64,000 nt of DNA from a virus. Taxonomy: Duplodnaviria > Caudoviricetes. This document shows, piece by piece, positions 25,002-34,935 of the stretch (position 1 is the stretch's first letter; every line of letters starts with the position of its first letter). The position numbers and the translations under genes were made by a program. Location of the stretch: positions 444 through 64,443 of IMG/VR virus record IMGVR_UViG_2695420965_000002; one strand, written 5' to 3'. The notes below the pieces were generated by a model, which worked only from the letters and a program-made list of their open reading frames with translations, had not been told where the DNA came from and searched no databases.

Positions 25002-26066
25002 TTAGTTGACGGGGGATTTGTTGCCGTAGGGGTCGACGGGGATGTGGCTCTCGGTACGCGGCCCGCGATTCCTCTTGAAGTAGACTCGCTCGCCGTCGTT
25101 GAACACGGTCCAGATTTCGTCTTTGGCTGGCGTGGGTTTGCCTGCGTCCGGCTCGACTCGGGTCGGAACTCCGTAGACATTCGCGTTCGTCGATCCGGGT
25201 CGCCAATCAACCGGCAGGTGGTCGTACTGCGTTCGGTGCTGATGATCGAGGGGATGACTTCCAGTCGGGTCGACGTAGTGAGCCGGGCCGGTCTCCTGCG
25301 AAATGACGATAAACCCCTCACTGTCGACTTCGACCTCGCCCCGGCCCTTGATCTTGAACGTGCCCCAGGCGGTAGCGAGCGACTCAGCAGGATCGGCAAG
25401 CCTACATTTGGACCCGCAAGCGGCCCCGAGCGACGTAATACTGCACGTTTCGCAGCGACCTTCCACGATGTTAAACTGGCAATCAGTGGCGATCATGTCT
25501 GGCTTTGATTCGATGATCGCCTTCCTTAAGGACTCGCGGGCCTCATCCGTCATATCCTTGACGACCACGAACTTGGGATGTTCGCGGTTATTGAGGATCG
25601 CCTGAACCTCCGGCATGTCCGCCAGCGTCCAGTTGAACAGTTGTTCAAACTCGCCAGCCTGGCGTTTGGCGTCCCGCTCCGGTTTGCCACGCTCCAGTTC
25701 GGCGATCACGGCTGGAGTCATCGTGGCTCCCGGCCCAAGCATGTGCGGCTCACAAAGTTCCGGCTTGAGCACAGCGTTCTGTGCGGCAACGAGCGCACCC
25801 CAGGCGACCTTCTCAAGATGAGGTTCAGTCCGGTCGCCGAGGATATAACGCATCAAGTGGAACGCGACATGATTAAGCGTTTCGTGTTGCGGCATTCCGA
25901 GCATGTAATTGAGCCGGCCGTACTTCGTTCCGCCGCCCCCGGCCACTCGGAGCATTCCCATAAGCCCCATGAGCGGCGCGGAGCAGAAATCCAAGTGAGC
26001 CACGTCGGCGCTGCGAACGGCCCCGGTGTCGAAATTCGAGTCGGCGATCTTCTTTGAATCTGACAT
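25002..26066 (-). CDS. dATP/dGTP diphosphohydrolase (DUF5664-like) domain protein
   Basis: FDTGAVRS...G.TKYG..NY.LGMP....NH...H.......D.TEPHL...AW. Confidence 0.7.
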   Translation of the reverse strand: MSDSKKIADSNFDTGAVRSADVAHLDFCSAPLMGLMGMLRVAGGGGTKYGRLNYMLGMPQHETLNHVAFHLMRYILGDRTEPHLEKVAWGALVAAQNAVLKPELCEPHMLGPGATMTPAVIAELERGKPERDAKRQAGEFEQLFNWTLADMPEVQAILNNREHPKFVVVKDMTDEARESLRKAIIESKPDMIATDCQFNIVEGRCETCSITSLGAACGSKCRLADPAESLATAWGTFKIKGRGEVEVDSEGFIVISQETGPAHYVDPTGSHPLDHQHRTQYDHLPVDWRPGSTNANVYGVPTRVEPDAGKPTPAKDEIWTVFNDGERVYFKRNRGPRTESHIPVDPYGNKSPVN

Positions 26067-26095
26067 CTGTCGTACCTCAAGGTGTGGAAAAGCAA

Positions 26096-26114
26096 AATTG
26101 TCAGTCTGAAGAAT
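26096..26114. promoter_or_regulatory. 19-bp palindromic site, copy 4 (AATTGTCAGTCTGAAGAAT)
   Basis: between the sigma-like gene and the DUF5664 gene. Confidence 0.72.
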
Positions 26115-26118
26115 CGGG

Positions 26119-26900
26119 TTATGCACACTCGGCTACGGGGTGGCGGATCGCCGTGAGATGCTGGCGGATCTTCTGAGTGGCGTTAGAGCGGATCGACCGA
26201 ACCTCGGATTCGTCCATCGAGTTCATCCAGGCAAATTTCCAGACGCTTTGCTTGGGTCGTCCGCCAAGGCCGTTCAGGCGACTCATCACGAGGCACTCGA
26301 TCGCGGACAGGCTTCGGAAGGCCGAGCGGATCGCCTCTCTGTATGATGCGGAAGACTCTTCGCCGATCAGGACTTGAGCCGGATCAACCCACCGCTCTTC
26401 GCAGACCGGGGCATCGCCCTGGCTTCCGGGGCCGATTTGCGTCGTGCCGTCACCAGTCCGCATGATGTCGCCCATCGTCTTCAGTCGACGGGCCGAAATC
26501 GCCCCATTTTCGGCCTCAGCCTGGTATTCTTTGATCCGGCACGAGCTATTCCGTGGCGACTGGACAGTGCGGGCTCGGTCGCGGATCGAACACAGTTCGC
26601 GATCGACGATCACGGCGGCAAAAGTGATGTACTTGCCTCGCTCTGGGGTCCACTTATGATCACGCTTCGCGACCGCAGCCCAGAGTTCCGACAAGATGTC
26701 CTCGTGGTCGAAGTTGACTAGCTCACGAGGCTTCAGGGTCTTGGCGAATTCGTTGACCTTGCGGACGAGGAAAGGCCAGATCGACCGGATCCGCTCCTCG
26801 GGGGTCGCCGAAGCCGCCTTTTCGGTGCTCAGAAACTCATGTTCGGCCCCGTAGGCGTAGAAGAGGGGCCGTCGATCGCGAAGCCGCTCACTCTTGCTCA
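26119..26900 (-). CDS. second sigma-70-like factor
   Basis: EDILSELWAAVAKRDHKWTPERGKYITFA (region 2); LSAIECLVMSRLNGL...VRSIRSNATQKIR (region 4). Confidence 0.72.
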
Positions 26901-27250
26901 TAAAAGCCCTCGGTTGCGTCAATTTCCGTGTCCGACTTGACCAGTTCGGCGTTGATAGTGGCGAGGTCGTCGACATGAAGGCACAAAAGGAAGCCCTTTT
27001 TGCCCTTTTCGGCGATGCAGACCAAGGGAATCTTCCCTTCGGCCTTGGCGAGCTTCACTGTTGCGTCGTACAGGGTGAAAATCGCGTGTTTTTCGCGGTA
27101 TTTGATCTCGATGAACAGCTTCGGATGTTTCGTGTCCGAAGCTGTCTCGTCGGCCCGCCCTGAAGACCCGGAAAGCCGCTGCCGGAGGCTTCCGAATCGG
27201 GCCGCAACCCTCCGCTCAATGGCTTTCCAGGTCTTCGTGGGCTTTGCCAT
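26888..27250 (-). CDS. PD-(D/E)xK nuclease, probable Holliday junction resolvase
   Basis: WKAIERRVA...SGS...SD......IEIKYR. Confidence 0.65.
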   Translation of the reverse strand: MAKPTKTWKAIERRVAARFGSLRQRLSGSSGRADETASDTKHPKLFIEIKYREKHAIFTLYDATVKLAKAEGKIPLVCIAEKGKKGFLLCLHVDDLATINAELVKSDTEIDATEGFYEQE

Positions 27251-27256
27251 CGCGGC

Positions 27257-27478
27257 TCACCTTGTTTTGTTGTCATCAAGAATCAGAACGCGCACGTTAG
27301 ATGCGACGATTGCATTGGTTAGAGCCTCAGCAAGATCCTCTGCCTCATAAAGAGTTGCGATCTTGTGCTTACTGATGAACTCCTCGTACTCGACTCCAGA
27401 CCAATCTTTGGACGATTTTGCTTCCTTGATTTTGTCTTCCTGTCCAGGCTTGGGCAGTTCCGCGACAACGCTAAACAT
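27257..27478 (-). CDS. hypothetical protein
   Basis: ORF with GGAG RBS. Confidence 0.55.
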   Translation of the reverse strand: MFSVVAELPKPGQEDKIKEAKSSKDWSGVEYEEFISKHKIATLYEAEDLAEALTNAIVASNVRVLILDDNKTR

Positions 27479-27482
27479 TGCA

Positions 27483-27896
27483 TTACTCCGATGCAAGCCA
27501 GTCGAAGAGATCCTTAAGCTCACTCAAGTCGACTTCGTAGGGGCCGCTTAAGAGGTTGACCCTAATGACGCCTTCAACCATCGTCTGGCCGTCGTCAAAC
27601 AGCTTGACATAAGTGAGGACGCCTTCAGCCTGGAAGGTGATAACAAGTTCCCGGTTGGAATCCGGGTCTTTGTAAAGCACCTCGATGGTTCCGTTAGGGT
27701 TCAGCGACACGACCGGCATCGGCAGGTGCTCGGCCAGGTCTTCGAGAAGCAAGTCGACCCCGCCCTCATAAACGTCAGACACGTTGTCGGCGACGTCGCC
27801 CCGGAGCGGGAGTCCTTGGACGCCGTCCCAATCGAACTCCATCAACCGAAGTTGCTGGAGTGATTCAAGAACGGCTGTCCGACTGTTCGTTTCCAC
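27483..27896 (-). CDS. hypothetical protein
   Basis: ORF, DWDG motif. Confidence 0.65.
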   Translation of the reverse strand: METNSRTAVLESLQQLRLMEFDWDGVQGLPLRGDVADNVSDVYEGGVDLLLEDLAEHLPMPVVSLNPNGTIEVLYKDPDSNRELVITFQAEGVLTYVKLFDDGQTMVEGVIRVNLLSGPYEVDLSELKDLFDWLASE

Positions 27897-27899
27897 GGC

Positions 27900-28112
27900 T
27901 CAAGCTCCTGAAGACTCAGTGGTGATATTTCCGGTAACGAACCGAGTCCACGACCCAACGCTAAACGCCGCCATGACGTGACCGCTTTCAATATCACGCG
28001 GCTTGGTGAGAAACAGAAGGTCGCCGTTCTGATTCACAGAGGCGAACACATCCCCGTTAACCGTGACCGTATCGCCTTCGTTTTCTCCGGCAAGAAACAC
28101 AACATATATCAC
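27900..28112 (-). CDS. hypothetical protein
   Basis: ORF with GGAG RBS. Confidence 0.55.
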   Translation of the reverse strand: MIYVVFLAGENEGDTVTVNGDVFASVNQNGDLLFLTKPRDIESGHVMAAFSVGSWTRFVTGNITTESSGA

Positions 28113-28115
28113 GAA

Positions 28116-29309
28116 TCAGGCTCCTTCGCCGGTTCGGATTCCCCCGCCCTGCCCTGGCTGATAGCCGTTGGGATAGCGGGCGTCCAGCTTCCGCATGTTG
28201 GTCTTGATGGCCTCCTCCACGCTGGAGTTGGCGACGATGAGGATCTTGTTCACCGCGAAGAGCACGCTGATGATCCGCTCAACCTGCTTCTCGACGGGCT
28301 GCTCGCGGCGCTGATACCGAAGCTTCTTGTAGGCGTTTGCCAGAAGGCCGGCATTGGTCTGAGCAGAGAGCAGAGTGTTGAAGATCAGCCCGCCGAGATA
28401 GGACGTGATCCGGGGGTTGCCAAGCACGACCTGAGGGTCGTTGCTCGCGAGGATGTTCGCCAGCGCGGCAAGCTCGTCACCATCAGTGACGCGGATCAAC
28501 TCCAGGTCTTCAGTGATCTCGGACAGCGGGTTCAGTCCCCAGGCGTCGAGCGCCCAGGCACCGCAGAACAGGATGTCGCCGCACTCGTCGATCAGCTTGG
28601 TGCGGGCATCGCCGAAGAAGGTGGTAGGGCCGTGCTGGATGAAGAGTTCGCCGAGTTCCGCCACTTCCCCGATGAATTCGGTGATCGCCTGGTCGATCTC
28701 CTCTTGGCCGCGCATCCGGCCACCGTGCTGCTTCTGGTACCGCTCGTCCTCGGTTAGATTCTCGTTATCGACGACGGTGGCCAACCTCGGGCCTCTTTCG
28801 TAGTCGAAGGGCCGACACTTCGTCTTCCGCCAGGCCAGGTAGTCTGGCCAAGCCAAAGCGTTCAGGGTCTCGCCGGCCGTGTTGATCAGTTCGACGGGCT
28901 CTGGAGCCGCCGAGATGGGCTGACCGCTGGCTCCAACCAACATCGAGGGGCCTGACACCGGGCCATGTCCACCGCCGATACGGACCGATCGAGCCGGACC
29001 ATTGTCGTCCGCCGGAATCTGGACGCGATCCTGCCGCTCGTGCCTCAGTCTCGCCGGACGCACATCCTTCAGGACAATGCCGCCTGGAGTCCTTCCTCCG
29101 GAATGCTCAGCCTCAACCTCATCCTCGGCCAGGCCGACCAGCTTGAGCGTGCTCGCGGCCCTCGGATCGATGGCCGGCTTACCGTCATAAGCGACGGTGA
29201 ACTTGGGAGCAGGGTCCGGCTGCGTGTTCGGAGCGATCCCAATCCGAACCGTTGGGACCGGCGCGCCGTCGTCTTCAAAGCGGTGAATCTCGTGATCATC
29301 GACGTGCAT
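28116..29309 (-). CDS. MazG-like NTP pyrophosphohydrolase with duplicated domain and long N-terminal extension
   Basis: GEVAELGE...DECGDILF; C-terminal NMRKLDARYPNGY. Confidence 0.75.
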   Translation of the reverse strand: MHVDDHEIHRFEDDGAPVPTVRIGIAPNTQPDPAPKFTVAYDGKPAIDPRAASTLKLVGLAEDEVEAEHSGGRTPGGIVLKDVRPARLRHERQDRVQIPADDNGPARSVRIGGGHGPVSGPSMLVGASGQPISAAPEPVELINTAGETLNALAWPDYLAWRKTKCRPFDYERGPRLATVVDNENLTEDERYQKQHGGRMRGQEEIDQAITEFIGEVAELGELFIQHGPTTFFGDARTKLIDECGDILFCGAWALDAWGLNPLSEITEDLELIRVTDGDELAALANILASNDPQVVLGNPRITSYLGGLIFNTLLSAQTNAGLLANAYKKLRYQRREQPVEKQVERIISVLFAVNKILIVANSSVEEAIKTNMRKLDARYPNGYQPGQGGGIRTGEGA

Positions 29310-29548
29310 CAGGAAGCTCTCCGGATGGAATACTTGGTGGCTTTTCCGCTCTTGGACCGGACCTTTTCGTTGCTGACCTGCCGTCCCAGGTCACACAAAA
29401 GGCTGTTGATGGTTCGTTGGCTCCAGGGATCGTCGGTTGTTGCCGTGAGATCCTGGATTTCCTCGATACTCATGCCCTCGGTTGGGGCGTCAGACAGGAT
29501 GCGGAGCATTCGGGCGAGGTCGTCTTGGTGGGTCGGCTTCGCGATCAT
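29309..29548 (-). CDS. small winged-helix protein
   Basis: GMSIEEIQD...SQRTINSLL..L, KYSI wing. Confidence 0.55.
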   Translation of the reverse strand: MIAKPTHQDDLARMLRILSDAPTEGMSIEEIQDLTATTDDPWSQRTINSLLCDLGRQVSNEKVRSKSGKATKYSIRRAS

Positions 29549-29793
29549 TTCGGCTCCGGGGTCACGATCTTGGCGAGGATGTGGGTGTACTGCGGGTTCG
29601 CAGACACGTACTTCACGATCTCGGCGTGGAGAACACGGCGCTCTTTCGAGCCAGGGATGGTGAAACCGGATAGGTCGCCCCGGTCGATCATCTTGCAGGC
29701 GGTGCGGTGGCTGACACCGAAGAGGATGGCCACGTCACCGGCCGTGTACTGTTCTTTCTTGGTGATGGTCGCTGGGTACTGATCGAGGTTCAT
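29545..29793 (-). CDS. excisionase-like (MerR-type HTH) DNA-binding protein
   Basis: YTAGDVAILFGVSHRTACKMIDRGDLSGFTIPGSKERRV. Confidence 0.75.
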   Translation of the reverse strand: MNLDQYPATITKKEQYTAGDVAILFGVSHRTACKMIDRGDLSGFTIPGSKERRVLHAEIVKYVSANPQYTHILAKIVTPEPK

Positions 29794-29896
29794 GGCTGGC
29801 TCGCATGCTAAAGTAAAGTTGCAGTTATCTCGAACCGCTGTTACCTGATATGTACCCAACCTTTTTGCCATCGACCGATAATCAGTTCCGTATTTC

Positions 29897-30739
29897 TCAG
29901 GAATATTGTTTAGTTCTCTTTTTCTTGTAGGACTGGAACAACTCGTTGTTCAGCTTGTCTTGCTCGAGTCTCCAACCGTGAATTACGCCGAACGAGTACG
30001 TGTTGATTGTCCTCCCGTCGTCCTCGCGTTTCCTGACAGGAACATTAATATGTCGAGAGAACGCTGAAACACTCCTCGCAATAGCCGGAATCATGAATTC
30101 CTGGAAAGGCCGTCCAGCCATATCTCTGAAGGGGTACTCGTCGTGGTACTCCTTAATTGTCATGTATTCGCTGGATTTGTCTGATGGAAAGAGCGTGGAC
30201 GTCAGACGCTTCTCGATCGAGTCGTTTCTGAGCCCAACAGCTTTAACCTCGTGCCCGAGAAGCCTGACTTGAGCTTGAAGCTCCTCGACGGATTCCTGCA
30301 TGCGACCAAGGCGTTCCTCGGCATGCTTGTCTGTCGAAACAATTTCAAACAGAGGCTTTGTGTTGCCCGTGAACCAAGCCGCAAGGACCGCCTTGGCTTC
30401 CTTCTTGAAAACTTTCAGCTTCTCGCGGGCATCGATAGCGACCTTTGACGGCTTGATCGTCACGAGCCACATCGGCAGTGACTCAAGGTCGATCATCGCA
30501 AGTTCTTGCTGGCGACCACTTGCGTCGTGCGCTATGATCATCATTGCGCGAGCCCAGTCGTAGTCCGAGCTGCGAAGTTTAGTAATCTGGTTCTGTGTCG
30601 CGATTCCGAGGGCCTCGCACACACTCCGTAGGCTGACCCAAATCCGTCCATCTGAAGTCTGTACGGCTGTGATGTCACAACCGAAAAACTGGCGAGTCAC
30701 GACCTGAATCACGGCATCAGAGCACTTGTGGATTTTCAT
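29897..30739 (-). CDS. phage antirepressor (P22 Ant N-terminal domain)
   Basis: IWVSLRSVCEALGIATQNQITKL...DASGRQQELAMIDLESLPMWLVTIKPSKV. Confidence 0.82.
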   Translation of the reverse strand: MKIHKCSDAVIQVVTRQFFGCDITAVQTSDGRIWVSLRSVCEALGIATQNQITKLRSSDYDWARAMMIIAHDASGRQQELAMIDLESLPMWLVTIKPSKVAIDAREKLKVFKKEAKAVLAAWFTGNTKPLFEIVSTDKHAEERLGRMQESVEELQAQVRLLGHEVKAVGLRNDSIEKRLTSTLFPSDKSSEYMTIKEYHDEYPFRDMAGRPFQEFMIPAIARSVSAFSRHINVPVRKREDDGRTINTYSFGVIHGWRLEQDKLNNELFQSYKKKRTKQYS

Positions 30740-32373
30740 ACGAAAAGCTTCCCTTGGGATTTAGGCTTGATCGAATCGAGGTCGGTAATCGCAGCCTTCG
30801 CTTGGTCTCGCGACATAGCACGAGCGAGGTCGATATCAACTCCAGCGGACGCCAGAGCTTTGATTTGATTGTGCGTTGAGGCCCCAGCCTCCTCACGCTT
30901 CATGATCTTGCTGATCAGCTTCGATGCGCCCCACTTGCTCAACCCCTCCGGAACCGTGACTCCTTTGCTACGAAGCAGGCCGAGTTGGGCGGACGATGCT
31001 GGATTGGTGCCTCGCTTGTCGAGGTCGTACTTCCGGTTCAGCTTGACGTCGAGAAGCTTCGAGACGCCGACCGGGTCATACTCGATCGCGGCGTACTGCG
31101 CCTCTTTCCCGGTGAGGTGGACCCGGTAAATCTTCCGTGTCCGCACGATCTTCTCAGCCTCTTCAAGCACTTCCATCGGGTCGGTGTCGTCCTCAATGGA
31201 TCGCTCCGACATGAGCTTGCGGGCTTCAACAAAGACTTCCTCGTCGACCGAGCCATCATTAAACAAGTCAACAGTGCTACAGAGATCCTTGCATTCCTTG
31301 TCCGTCTGCCAGTCGAAGTCGATAATGAGGAGGTCGGTCTTGCCGGTGTCTGGTGATGGCCTTGTGCCGCGTCCGGCCATTTGGGCGTAACGGTATTGCT
31401 GGAGGGTGGGGCGAAGGATTCCCACCGCTTCAACTCTCGGACAATCCCAACCCTCGATCAGAAGTTCGCAGCAGACGATGATTTGGAATTCGCCGGCATT
31501 GAACACTTCGAGGTTCGCGTTCTTCTCGGTTTTCCCCATACCAAAGTTGCCGCTAGTCCCGGCGACGTAGCGTGCCGGGACACCTAGTTCGCTGCACACT
31601 TGGGCGAAAGCCATCGCGGAGCCGACATCCGGCGTAAAGACGACAGAGGGGCGGCGACCTGCTTCTTTGATAAACCCTCGGGCAAGCTGCTCGATCTTCG
31701 GCCCAATCCGTTCCTCAAGCTCGCCGATCGAGAAGTCGGAGCCGGCGAACGTAATCCCCTTTAGGTCGATCGCAACCGGGCATTCGCGGGTACGGATAGG
31801 GACCAGCCATTGTTCCCTGATCGCACGCCTTAGCGTGTACTCGTATGCCTTGGTCTCGAATCTCGCCCCCAGATTCCGCTCGTCGCCGCGCCGAGGGGTC
31901 GCCGTGATCCCGAGTAGGTCGTATCCATCGAACCAGTTGAAGATCCGAGTGTATGAGTCAGTCAACGCGCGGTGGCATTCGTCGACAATAATGAGGTTAA
32001 AGGAACTAGGACTCCACCGCATGAGGCGATCAGCTTGGAGACTTTGAATCGACCCCACGACGACATCGGGTTGGCCGAAGTGGGCGGTGTGCTCGTGGGC
32101 GTCGTTCGCGGCCATCTCGATCGCGACATCGAAGCCGAATCGGTCGAAGGTCTTGTAAGCCTGCGTGATCAAGACCTCGCGGTGAGCCAAGAACAGGCAC
32201 TTACGGCTATGTTCGATTGCCTGCTCAAAGCACATTCCAGCCAAAACGGTCTTGCCGCTGCCAGTCGGCATCACGATCAGAGTGGACTTGCGTCCGGCGT
32301 CGAATTCGCCGAACGCTGCGTCCCTGGCCTCTCGCTGGTAGTCGCGGTAGCTAATTCCATGTCCGCTACTCAT
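30736..32373 (-). CDS. superfamily 2 DEAD/DEAH-box helicase
   Basis: MPTGSGKT, DECH, TATP, EGWD, QMAGRGTR. Confidence 0.92.
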   Translation of the reverse strand: MSSGHGISYRDYQREARDAAFGEFDAGRKSTLIVMPTGSGKTVLAGMCFEQAIEHSRKCLFLAHREVLITQAYKTFDRFGFDVAIEMAANDAHEHTAHFGQPDVVVGSIQSLQADRLMRWSPSSFNLIIVDECHRALTDSYTRIFNWFDGYDLLGITATPRRGDERNLGARFETKAYEYTLRRAIREQWLVPIRTRECPVAIDLKGITFAGSDFSIGELEERIGPKIEQLARGFIKEAGRRPSVVFTPDVGSAMAFAQVCSELGVPARYVAGTSGNFGMGKTEKNANLEVFNAGEFQIIVCCELLIEGWDCPRVEAVGILRPTLQQYRYAQMAGRGTRPSPDTGKTDLLIIDFDWQTDKECKDLCSTVDLFNDGSVDEEVFVEARKLMSERSIEDDTDPMEVLEEAEKIVRTRKIYRVHLTGKEAQYAAIEYDPVGVSKLLDVKLNRKYDLDKRGTNPASSAQLGLLRSKGVTVPEGLSKWGASKLISKIMKREEAGASTHNQIKALASAGVDIDLARAMSRDQAKAAITDLDSIKPKSQGKLFV

Positions 32374-32551
32374 CGTTACTGGAACTCCCCGTGTAACCTC
32401 TCATCGGCTCGCCATTCCATCGCCGGTCGCACCGCTCTTGAGATGGCCCTCGCCATTCTCGGACAGTTCTTCGGGGCGGCTTCCGCTTATTCGACCCCTT
32501 GCCCCCGACGCCAGGATTGGCGTCGGGGGTCTTGTTATCCTGGGGTTTCAT
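32366..32551 (-). CDS. small basic hypothetical protein
   Basis: ATGA-coupled to the ParB gene and overlapping the helicase start. Confidence 0.45.
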   Translation of the reverse strand: MKPQDNKTPDANPGVGGKGSNKRKPPRRTVREWRGPSQERCDRRWNGEPMRGYTGSSSNDE

Positions 32552-33750
32552 AGGTACTCCTCCGTCTTGAGGAGGTAGCCCCCGCCGAAGCACTTGGGGC
32601 ACTTCACGGCGGCACTCGGCGGAACGCTCGGGTGGTCTCCCTGCCCTTTGCACTCGGGGCAGATTAGCCAGTCCTTAGGGTGGGAAACCGAGACGAAGCG
32701 GTTGACGAGGTTCCAGAATGCCCCGGTGACGCTGCCCTTCTTGGTGGTCGCGATCGACTTCTTGGACTTACAGCGGAAGGCGTGACGGGCATCGCAGACC
32801 ACACGGAAGAGGAGTGCGTCGGCGTAGTATTTGGCGGGACTCTTGAGCATCGCGGCCTTCTCGCCGCAATACTTCGCGAGCCACTCGCCATCCGTCATCT
32901 CGGGTTCCTTCTCGACCTTAGCCGCTTCCTTGGCTTCCTTCTCGGCCTTCGAGGTGCCGTTATCACGGGCCGGGGCCTTGTCTTTGACGACCTCTTTGAT
33001 CGCCTCATCCACGGTCATTCCGGTGGCGATCAGGTTCACAACCTCGCCGCGATGGGCCTCGTCCTTGATCTTGGCGACCCGAAGCATGTCGGTCTGGTTC
33101 ACCTCCATTTGGGTGAACACTTGAAGCTGATCCTCAGTGAAAGCGTTGGCGATCCGCTTCGCACGCTGGACCCCGGAAACCGACTGGCCGGTAGCCGCCG
33201 CGACCGTCTCGTCGAACTTGGTTTCGCTGTCCGCCGAATCCGCAGACCGGACAACCTTCTCCGTCTCGTCCGCCACGGTGGTCGGATCGATAGAGGATTT
33301 GTCAGACTGAAGAATCGGGTCAGCCGACTCTTTTTCGGTCGCCGCGACGATCGGCTGAGCCGTCTTCTCGGCCGGGGTCATCTTGATGACCCAATGGTCG
33401 TGCCATTTCTTGATCGCGAGAGCGTGCTGCGCCTTGGAGAGCGGATTCCGCCAGAGGTTCTCGGTGATCGAGGCCATGTCAGCCTCGGTCTCGTCCATGT
33501 CCGCGATGATGGTCGCGTTGATGAACTGCTCTTTAAGAGCGTTTTTCTTCGCATATAAGCGGTGCCGACCCGCGATCAGGATGTAACGTCCTGGGGAATT
33601 CGGGTTCGGTCGGACGACGATCGGCTGAAGCTGACCATCGATCTTGATGGAGTCGGCGAGCTTGATCGCGAACTCTTTCGAGAACGTGCGATCCTCGGGC
33701 TTGGCCTTAGGGACGTCGATCAGTCGGCATTCGATAATCTGCGCATCCAT
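32548..33750 (-). CDS. ParB/Srx N-terminal domain protein with HTH and C-terminal CxxCxGxG zinc finger
   Basis: LADSIKIDGQLQPIVVRP...IAGRHRL...ITENLWRNPL; CPECKGQG/CPKCFGGG. Confidence 0.85.
   Translation of the reverse strand: MDAQIIECRLIDVPKAKPEDRTFSKEFAIKLADSIKIDGQLQPIVVRPNPNSPGRYILIAGRHRLYAKKNALKEQFINATIIADMDETEADMASITENLWRNPLSKAQHALAIKKWHDHWVIKMTPAEKTAQPIVAATEKESADPILQSDKSSIDPTTVADETEKVVRSADSADSETKFDETVAAATGQSVSGVQRAKRIANAFTEDQLQVFTQMEVNQTDMLRVAKIKDEAHRGEVVNLIATGMTVDEAIKEVVKDKAPARDNGTSKAEKEAKEAAKVEKEPEMTDGEWLAKYCGEKAAMLKSPAKYYADALLFRVVCDARHAFRCKSKKSIATTKKGSVTGAFWNLVNRFVSVSHPKDWLICPECKGQGDHPSVPPSAAVKCPKCFGGGYLLKTEEYL
33297..33315. promoter_or_regulatory. 19-bp palindromic site, copy 5 (ATTTGTCAGACTGAAGAAT), inside the ParB gene
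   Basis: same motif embedded in the coding linker (ILQSDK). Confidence 0.7.
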
Positions 33751-33806
33751 CGTTGAAGTCTCTCATGGGTATTGAAGGCTCGTGCGAGCCTAGATCACAG
33801 AAAAAA

Positions 33807-34844
33807 TCAGTACGCGAACTTGTACTTTGGTTCCGCGACACGCTTACCGATAAAGCGGTCTCCAAGTGAGTCGCGAGCCTCTTGCCAGGTCGCGAACACT
33901 CCAAGCACGACCGCTAGGTCGAACATCGAGATCGCCGTTTTGTCCTTGAGATCCTGAAAGGTTCCGTCGCGGAAATGAAAGGAACCGGACGGTTTGGCAT
34001 ATCTTGCGTCTTCCCGGCCAGGCACAAAACAAGAGCACCAGCCAGCGGGATTAGGTCCAGAGCACGCCGAAACCAGTCCCCATTCCCGGCACGCGATGTC
34101 GAACTTCTGGTCTGCGACTGCATCTAAAACTTCCTCTCTTGTGTAGTAGCGGTCAGACTGCCGCGTGTAGGCGACGGGTTTGCGCGGAGCCGGCGGTTCA
34201 GTGAATCTCGGCGTCGAAAGCCTCGGCATACTCAGCAGCCAGTCGGGAGCAATAGCAGGCAGGCGGTTGATTTTCGGCGTATGCGGCATCATGAATTCAT
34301 ACCGCTTCCCCGTCTCGACGTGCTTCGATGGCGGGGCAACGACGAGTGCGCGATCGCCGAGAATCCGAATCTCTTTATGCTTGACCCACTGGCCTTTGCC
34401 GGTCTTTCCCCAGGTGTCGTACAGGCCCCAGACAATGCCGCTCGGGCACTCCGTCAAACCATCCGGAAGTAAGAAGTAGATGTGATGCCCACCGCTTCCG
34501 GTGACTGAGTGCCAGGTGGGGTCATCCTTGTGGTTTTTCTGCCAGGTGATCTTCTGCCATGCTTCGAGAGCCTCGGGTCCGTCGAGGTCGACGACGAGGA
34601 TCTTCGTGGGGGAAGGGCTTTGTGTTCCCGTGATAATCTGGACATTCGTGGTTGCCCAATCGCTGTAAATCTCCTCCGGTACCGGCTTTGCGTCGTAGTG
34701 TTCGGCGTAGGTTTCGAGCATCGGGCCTTTGATATCCATACGTGATGGGAGTGGGCAAAGCCCCACTTTCCGGTAGTGGTTCACGCAGGCTTTCGTGTGA
34801 GCAAAGTCGGCGTTCACCACAATTTCTTCTCCACGTAAACGCAC
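33807..34844 (-). CDS. bifunctional DNA primase/polymerase (Prim-Pol)
   Basis: VVDLDG, TGSGGHHIYF, VVAPPSKH..G.RY. Confidence 0.85.
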   Translation of the reverse strand: MRLRGEEIVVNADFAHTKACVNHYRKVGLCPLPSRMDIKGPMLETYAEHYDAKPVPEEIYSDWATTNVQIITGTQSPSPTKILVVDLDGPEALEAWQKITWQKNHKDDPTWHSVTGSGGHHIYFLLPDGLTECPSGIVWGLYDTWGKTGKGQWVKHKEIRILGDRALVVAPPSKHVETGKRYEFMMPHTPKINRLPAIAPDWLLSMPRLSTPRFTEPPAPRKPVAYTRQSDRYYTREEVLDAVADQKFDIACREWGLVSACSGPNPAGWCSCFVPGREDARYAKPSGSFHFRDGTFQDLKDKTAISMFDLAVVLGVFATWQEARDSLGDRFIGKRVAEPKYKFAY

Positions 34845-34935
34845 TTCAGACCAGGGAAAAGAAGCTCAAGCTCTGCGATGTCCGGGCGATCGACGGGCTG
34901 CGGACGCCAAGACGCCGCAGCCGGCCCCCGGAGCA

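Noticed and set aside
24063-29309. Complete 2-aminoadenine (Z-genome) pathway
   Set aside because: No PurZ/PurA homolog or DNA polymerase is in the window, and the element is temperate
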